From: Stramenopiles sp. TOSAG23-3 | Lineage: Eukaryota | Length of the DNA stretch: 62,211 nt | NCBI GenBank assembly: GCA_900128585.1 | Contig: LT642154.1 | Coordinates: 1-62,211 of the forward strand | Direction: 5' to 3' | Shown: positions 56,789 to 62,211 of the stretch, piece by piece | Layout: each line of letters opens with the position of its first letter | How positions within the stretch are numbered: position 1 is the stretch's first letter | Made by a program: the position numbers and the translations under genes | Notes under the pieces: generated by a model | What the model was told of the DNA's origin: nothing | Databases searched by the model: none | The model's input: the letters and a program-made list of their open reading frames with translations, nothing else

Positions 56789-57625
56789 TTAAGAGGTACC
56801 TTTGAACTCTTTGTCGAACCGGCCCGTGCTCAGCACGACGGCTTCCATGTAATGGATGCCATTGTACCCAATGAGTACAAAGCAAATCCACGGGATGACT
56901 TTCCCGGAAAGGGGCGTTTTCTCCCAGTTGCGCTGCCCTTCAAACATGCACAGCACGCACGCGGAAATGATTCCCGGCGCACGCAGCCAAACGTTGATCA
57001 TCGCTTGGAATCGCTTGTGCTGCCGTTTCTCCATCATAACTTTCGGGCGCTCAGGGATTTGCGGGGCTTTGTCTCCGTCCCCATGCTTTTTCATAATCGC
57101 ATCGCGTTCCTTTTCCCACTTCTTGATCTTGGTGGCACCATGCTTGGTTAGCCCAAGCAAAAAGTAGTCCAGGCCGCCAGGCAGTCCGCACGTGAAGAAG
57201 TTGAGCATGTTAATGATCGACCCCCATTGGAGGTTTGACCACCCCGACAAATGTGGCCAAAAGATAGCAATTTGGTTGAATGGTACAAATGTGAAATGGT
57301 GAAAAATATCCGCGCTGTCGATATCTTTCCAGTACGCAATTATGTGGTAGACGTGAAGTGCCCCAAGCATGATCGCGTTGCTGTAGTTGATAGGTTCCAT
57401 ATCCATCGGACGAAAAAGGGCCACTTCCGGCTCAATAAAGACATTGAAAACATCGCTTATCGTGTTCCAGGAAATGTAAGCATTCGCGAGGGCGTGGACG
57501 AAAAACCAATGGGCTTTAGAATCCTTCACGCCTGCGTACGCGATACCCTTTCCGCCAATAAACAAAATAACAAAACACACCAAGTAGTGCTTGAACATAA
57601 GTTCAAGAGTGTACAGTTGTGCCAT
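56789..57625 (-). CDS. TLC (TRAM/LAG1/CLN8)-like membrane protein
   Basis: 'WFFVHALAN', 'HVYH', 'DIFHH', 'GLPGGLDY', 'INVWLRAPG'; multiple TMs. Confidence 0.7.
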   Translation of the reverse strand: MAQLYTLELMFKHYLVCFVILFIGGKGIAYAGVKDSKAHWFFVHALANAYISWNTISDVFNVFIEPEVALFRPMDMEPINYSNAIMLGALHVYHIIAYWKDIDSADIFHHFTFVPFNQIAIFWPHLSGWSNLQWGSIINMLNFFTCGLPGGLDYFLLGLTKHGATKIKKWEKERDAIMKKHGDGDKAPQIPERPKVMMEKRQHKRFQAMINVWLRAPGIISACVLCMFEGQRNWEKTPLSGKVIPWICFVLIGYNGIHYMEAVVLSTGRFDKEFKGTS

Positions 57626-57929
57626 GGCTTGAAACGTTTCTTTCTTTTACTTTCTTTGTTTTTGCTGTTCCTCGTGAATAACAAAATTGATAGCCAAAGG
57701 CAGTGTTGGAAGAAAAAAACCCGATAAATAAATGTCTCGTTGTATGACTTCCTGGGTGATATTTTTTATTCGTTTAAAAACTTGAACCAGAGGCAGGCAC
57801 TTTTTTTTTGTAAAAATAATTATATTTCATAATAATAAAAAAATATATTTTTTATAATTATAAATAATAAAAAAAATAATCAAAAATAATCATCATATCA
57901 TCAAAAAAATATCTATCAACGCCGCCACC

Positions 57930-57930
<1 letters not shown>

Positions 57931-57960
<30 letters not shown>

Positions 57961-57980
57961 CTTCTTCTTCTTCTTCTTCT
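57931..57980. repeat. (CTT)n microsatellite; similar (GAA)n tracts near 23348, 40635 and 42660
   Basis: Directly visible. Confidence 0.95.
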
Positions 57981-58050
57981 TTTTATATATGTGAGATCTT
58001 CTTCTCTTGGCTCTATCCACTCTACCTCGTATTCATACGAGGGGTCCTCG

Positions 58051-58098
58051 TAGGCTCTATCCAAAATAGGCTCTATCCAAAATAGGCTCTATCCAATA
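58051..58098 (+). repeat. Three tandem 16-nt repeats TAGGCTCTATCCAAAA
   Basis: Directly visible; core GGCTCTATCC also at 58009 and 65. Confidence 0.9.
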
Positions 58099-58837
58099 TA
58101 TTTTGTGGTAGTGAATTAGCTGTATTATTTTAGTATTATTACTGTACAGTATTCTATTAATTAATTAGGTTTAAAACGAAGATTTTGATATTTTAATTTA
58201 AATTTTAATTTTAATCTTAATAGAGAGAGAGAGACTAGACTATATATTACGTAGTATTTATTATTCCTGTTATTTCCTATATTTACACATATTGTATTTG
58301 TAATTCGCTCGTAGTCTAATATTATAAATTTAGTCAAATAGGTAAGTACTACTTAATTAGAATAGTAGAATACTTATTTATTATTTAGGAAGGACAGACT
58401 TTTTTTTATTTAAAAAATTTCAAGCACTCCATACATACTCGTACAGCAGCAGCATCCCAAGTCCTCCAAGTTAGATCTTTCTTCTTCTTTCTTTTTTTCC
58501 ATCATCATAAAATAATAAAATACCATGTGATCATATTATCGCATCAATCATCAAAATCAGATTTAATTAATTTGGTAATATAAAAAATTGTATAATTATA
58601 TGTATCTTCGTAAGTACGAATAAACTACAATAATAGAACAAAAGCAAGTAAATGCAACACTTTAAGAAATAGAACAAACAAATTCAGCCGAATAAACAAA
58701 CAGTTCGTTCGTTTGTTTGTGTTTGATTGTAGTATAGGCTGTATAATCGCAAGAGACAAGAAAAAACTTTTCGTTCCCTGTTTCCATATTCAGAGTAAGG
58801 CGTTGCGTTTATCTATTCGGCCACAGCGTAGTTCATC

Positions 58838-60826
58838 ATGTCAAAGCGAAAGCACGATGAGGTGGAAGTCGTGGACGTGGAAAGTCCCGGGGAGAACCCC
58901 CTTCTAGCAAGATTGAAGGCTCCAGATTTTGTCCTTGACTTTGAAATGCCGGAGGTGTGTAAAGGGTACGTCGCAGCGAGGCTTGCGGATGGCGTTGAAC
59001 TTGATCAGGCGCAAAAGGAGATTATATCTGCCCTGAAGAATGGGTTTGAAGGCTCAACGAACGTCGCCAACGTAGTCAGCAGCCTGCACAGCTGGATCAA
59101 AGCGCGCACGCAGCAAAATGTCGGAGGCAGTCGGGATGAAAGCAAGGAGAAGCGGACAAAGCGGGTGAAAAAAATCTTGAAGAACGAGCAGCTGAAGACG
59201 GAGGGAAAGATCTGCATCAACCTGGAAAAATTAATAGAAGAGAAATTCGACTCGGAAACTATAGTGAAGAATTCCAGGCTGGATATGAAAGCGTTTAACG
59301 CGATGGTGGCCCAGATGTGCCACCATGTGTTCTGGAGAAAGACCATGATAAAGCTGCTCCGAAGCCATAAACGATCTCCGTTTTGTATTTATCTGGCCAA
59401 AAAGCTGACAGGCTGGGGCTACCACCACCAGATCGCCAAGGAGGCGGCGACGGTGGACTATTTTGAGCCGTACCAGAGGGTTCTAATCGAGGCCTTGCAC
59501 ACCGTGCCGACGGGGGACTGGAAACAGTGGGAAGGGGACCAGGGCCTGACTGCTACAGGGGAACTCGCGGCACTTGAAGCCTCTTCTTTCCTGTACGCAA
59601 ACGCGCTCCTCGAACAGTTGGCGAACCGGCACGAGGAGACAGGGGACAAAAGCAAGCAGGCGCGCTCGTATCGTTTTCGCTGCGTTCAGCAAGAATTTCG
59701 TCGCCTTTCCGCCCTGTCAAAGGGCGCGAATGCGGAGCAACGGAAGGACAGCCGGAACGGGACCCGCAGCATGTTTTTGGAGAATTTGCGGGTCAGGCAC
59801 GGCCTCTCTGCGGACTCTGAGTTTTTCGCCGACATTGAGTTGCTTCACAAGCGCTACGATGACGTGCGTGCCGAGCGGGAGCGAAGTGGTGCTGATAATC
59901 TTTCGACTCCGAATTTTTCGACTCCGGACTTGGCAGCAAATATCCTGACTGGTGTGAGTGAACTCCCCGCGCGCCTAAGGGTATTGCAGCAGCCGGAATT
60001 TTTCAAGATCCTTCTCCTGGACATCTATCATCCTTACCATCTGTGCAGGGACGATGCACACCGCAATAGCGTGTGCGACATTTTGGCAAGAATGTCGAGC
60101 AACGCGGAGGGCGATTGCGAAGGCGTTAAAATAAAATTGGTCCAGACATCAAAGGTCTGCAACAACCCAGACAACTTGCAGAAAATTTACCGCGTTCATG
60201 ACATGTACCATAACTTGGCAGGCATGGCGTTCGGAACTCCTGTGGTTTGCATGGGGGTTTTGCTGTGGGGAAGCAATGCCTTCCAGTCAAATAAATTTTG
60301 GGTCGACAAGAAAGAGAAAAAGGAGATCCAAGACCTTCTCAACCTCTTTGAAACTGTTGGACAGTACAACAATCTCCACATTCCCGAGCTTTTCCGGATT
60401 CTGCAGGACTCTTACCTTTTTGTTGAAAAGATGGAGACTACAAACGTCCGCCAGGTCAAGGTTTTGTTTTTAGAAAAGCTAGTAGACATGATGATGTACA
60501 GCGAACCGATTTCGATTCTTAAATTCTTTATGAAAATATGCCAGCCCCACGGAAATGATGGAAAAGCCAGGATTAAAATACCAGAAGTGCGCAAGGTTTT
60601 AAAGCGGCTTATGCGCAGCATTATGCCACCGTTTTCCGAAGAATTCTCTTTAACTTGCTGTGAATTTCTTACAACCAATTTTGTGCGCGATAGCTGTTAC
60701 AGAGAAGAGGACATGCAAACGGACCTGAAGAAATTTTTGATGAACATCCGGAAAAATATCAAAGTCGAGAACGAGGACAAAGTGGAGCGCTTGTTTCGGA
60801 GGTACAACACGCCTTGGAACAATTAA
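58838..60826 (+). CDS. NELFCD: Negative elongation factor C/D (TH1-like)
   Basis: 'APDFVLD', 'GYV', 'WRKTMIKL...KKLTGWGYHHQI' and 'PVVCMGVLLW' match recalled TH1 blocks in order. Confidence 0.75.
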   Translation: MSKRKHDEVEVVDVESPGENPLLARLKAPDFVLDFEMPEVCKGYVAARLADGVELDQAQKEIISALKNGFEGSTNVANVVSSLHSWIKARTQQNVGGSRDESKEKRTKRVKKILKNEQLKTEGKICINLEKLIEEKFDSETIVKNSRLDMKAFNAMVAQMCHHVFWRKTMIKLLRSHKRSPFCIYLAKKLTGWGYHHQIAKEAATVDYFEPYQRVLIEALHTVPTGDWKQWEGDQGLTATGELAALEASSFLYANALLEQLANRHEETGDKSKQARSYRFRCVQQEFRRLSALSKGANAEQRKDSRNGTRSMFLENLRVRHGLSADSEFFADIELLHKRYDDVRAERERSGADNLSTPNFSTPDLAANILTGVSELPARLRVLQQPEFFKILLLDIYHPYHLCRDDAHRNSVCDILARMSSNAEGDCEGVKIKLVQTSKVCNNPDNLQKIYRVHDMYHNLAGMAFGTPVVCMGVLLWGSNAFQSNKFWVDKKEKKEIQDLLNLFETVGQYNNLHIPELFRILQDSYLFVEKMETTNVRQVKVLFLEKLVDMMMYSEPISILKFFMKICQPHGNDGKARIKIPEVRKVLKRLMRSIMPPFSEEFSLTCCEFLTTNFVRDSCYREEDMQTDLKKFLMNIRKNIKVENEDKVERLFRRYNTPWNN

Positions 60827-61094
60827 AAGAGAGAGTGAATCTCCGATCGTATCATTCAGAGTATGTTAGATTGTGAGTTAAATTTTTAACAAAATAAATG
60901 TGTGAGTTATCACAAACAGTTGAGATCAGTTCGCAATAAGTTTTAATTTTAATTTACTTAAAAGAATAACAGAGCCAACTTTCTTGTTTTTAATCGCAGT
61001 GCGTATGTTTACGAATTAGGCGAACACATACGAGCGGTGTAAACTTTTTCGTTAATTTACGAAAACTTAAACTTCCCGTATTGGGAGAGTCGGT

Positions 61095-61973
61095 CTACAA
61101 TGTATTGTTGAAGAACGTCAAAAGATTTTCACGCCACCATTCCAAACTATAGCTAACGTGGTCGCCATCAAATTCTTTCATTATGTAGTCGCCGCGCTTA
61201 TCCAAAGTTTTTAACCCAAGCCAGTTGTTCCTGTATCCTTCCGTCTCATTCAGGGATGTGACTTCACTTCTATTGCCGTCGCCCCAATTCCAAAATTGGT
61301 GAAATGCCGAATAAGACGGTTGCACGATCGTGTCTTTGGTTGCACGAATGACGACGTACTGATTCAAAGATTCCATGTTCCTTATATACGACTGGTTGAT
61401 GGACCCGTAGTCCCCCTGCTCATTGTTTACTCGAGATAACCATTTAGAGTGCTTTTCATATTTGTTTCTGTTTCTATTGTCTTTCCAGTATCCACAAAAT
61501 GAACAAAACGGCCAATCGTATATTTGCAACAAAGTTGCTAGGTTGGCACAAATTTGTCTAAACTGGGGTTTCTCTATCTTTGGGCACTCGCCAACTCCTG
61601 CTTGGGGACCATTCAGTGCAATTAAATTGTGCACTGGGATGTCATTAAACTCTGACACATAAACACGGGCTTCCAGAGCGCCCTGTGACTCTCCGTAAAA
61701 ATTAAACCCATCTTTTAATTTCGGGTCTGACAAAATTGTTTCTCTGATGATTTGCATTTGCGTTTCCATGTTTGCAAACATTGATTTGTTCCCATTTAAT
61801 ATGTTCAAATCGTGCACGTATATGCCAGGGAATGAATCTTCTAACAAGTTTACTATGTTCCCGAATTCCTTTGCATTTCCATTTAGCCCGTGCATAATGA
61901 CGACAGGCCGCCATCCTGCTTTTACGCTGCCTGCACCAACAACAAAAAAAATAATAACTAGGTTCTTCAACAT
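61095..61973 (-). CDS. Lysosomal palmitoyl-protein thioesterase (PPT1/PPT2 family)
   Basis: Signal peptide, 'PVVIMHGL', nucleophile 'GESQG', 'GPQAG', 'DTIVQP', 'LGLKTLDKRG', 'GDH'. Confidence 0.9.
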   Translation of the reverse strand: MLKNLVIIFFVVGAGSVKAGWRPVVIMHGLNGNAKEFGNIVNLLEDSFPGIYVHDLNILNGNKSMFANMETQMQIIRETILSDPKLKDGFNFYGESQGALEARVYVSEFNDIPVHNLIALNGPQAGVGECPKIEKPQFRQICANLATLLQIYDWPFCSFCGYWKDNRNRNKYEKHSKWLSRVNNEQGDYGSINQSYIRNMESLNQYVVIRATKDTIVQPSYSAFHQFWNWGDGNRSEVTSLNETEGYRNNWLGLKTLDKRGDYIMKEFDGDHVSYSLEWWRENLLTFFNNTL

Positions 61974-62211
61974 TTTAAGTGTGTATAGAAACGGAGATGA
62001 CCGAAAAAAATACCTTTGTAAACATTCGAACGAAAGAATAATCCATGTTCATCGAAATTGATTTCTTTTACAACTCCATACAATTACAAAATAACAAATA
62101 CGAGATATAACATTTCATTCCAAGGGCAAATGTTCAAATAAACAAAACAATATGAAGAATGATATTTATATTTTTTGATATAATTTTATTACATAATTCT
62201 TCTCATTTATT

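Noticed and set aside
57858-58064. Poly-Arg ORF and similar short ORFs in AT-rich spacers (e.g. 16024-16239, 46246-46491)
   Set aside because: Translations of microsatellites and low-complexity DNA
32846-61973. Lipid-metabolism gene cluster (ACBP, SDR, PLD, PAQR, TLC, PPT)
   Set aside because: Spread over 29 kb among unrelated genes with different predicted compartments; compatible with chance
1-62211. Non-standard genetic code, prokaryotic operons, tRNA/rRNA genes, transposases
   Set aside because: Long ORFs read in the standard code and end in all three stops; no RBS/operon pattern, cloverleaf, rRNA or transposase/RT motifs recognised

Overview
Gene-dense, almost intron-free eukaryotic genomic DNA, probably from a flagellated protist (stramenopile-like; taxon inferred, not provable here). 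Coding DNA is roughly GC-balanced and spacers are extremely AT-rich with (GAA)n/(TAA)n tracts. About 23 protein genes are mostly arranged head-to-head across ~0.6-1.4 kb spacers and tail-to-tail across short gaps. They are: NASP-type histone chaperone, ankyrin protein, SLC13-like permease, a signal-peptide-bearing OGT(GT41)+GT4-like double glycosyltransferase, Eps15-like EH protein, ARM protein, CCCH/RRM/CCHC protein, TBC-PDZ protein, large TPR protein, pseudokinase-ACBP fusion, SPFH protein, a broken SDR, PLD-CBM20, two probable ciliary/unknown proteins, a metallophosphoesterase, a 6TM-PAQR fusion, ZIP and ZnT zinc transporters head-to-head, a multi-cNMP protein, TLC protein, NELF-C/D and a palmitoyl-protein thioesterase. 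Best leads: (1) the secretory two-enzyme glycosyltransferase, (2) a contiguous PAQR-ZIP-ZnT candidate zinc-homeostasis locus, (3) the adenylyl-cyclase-anchor/PAQR fusion, (4) an unnamed duplicated domain paired with PDZ, (5) a candidate structured RNA, (6) recurring non-coding motifs. Three single-base frameshifts look like consensus errors. All family calls come from motif recognition by eye, without database searches.
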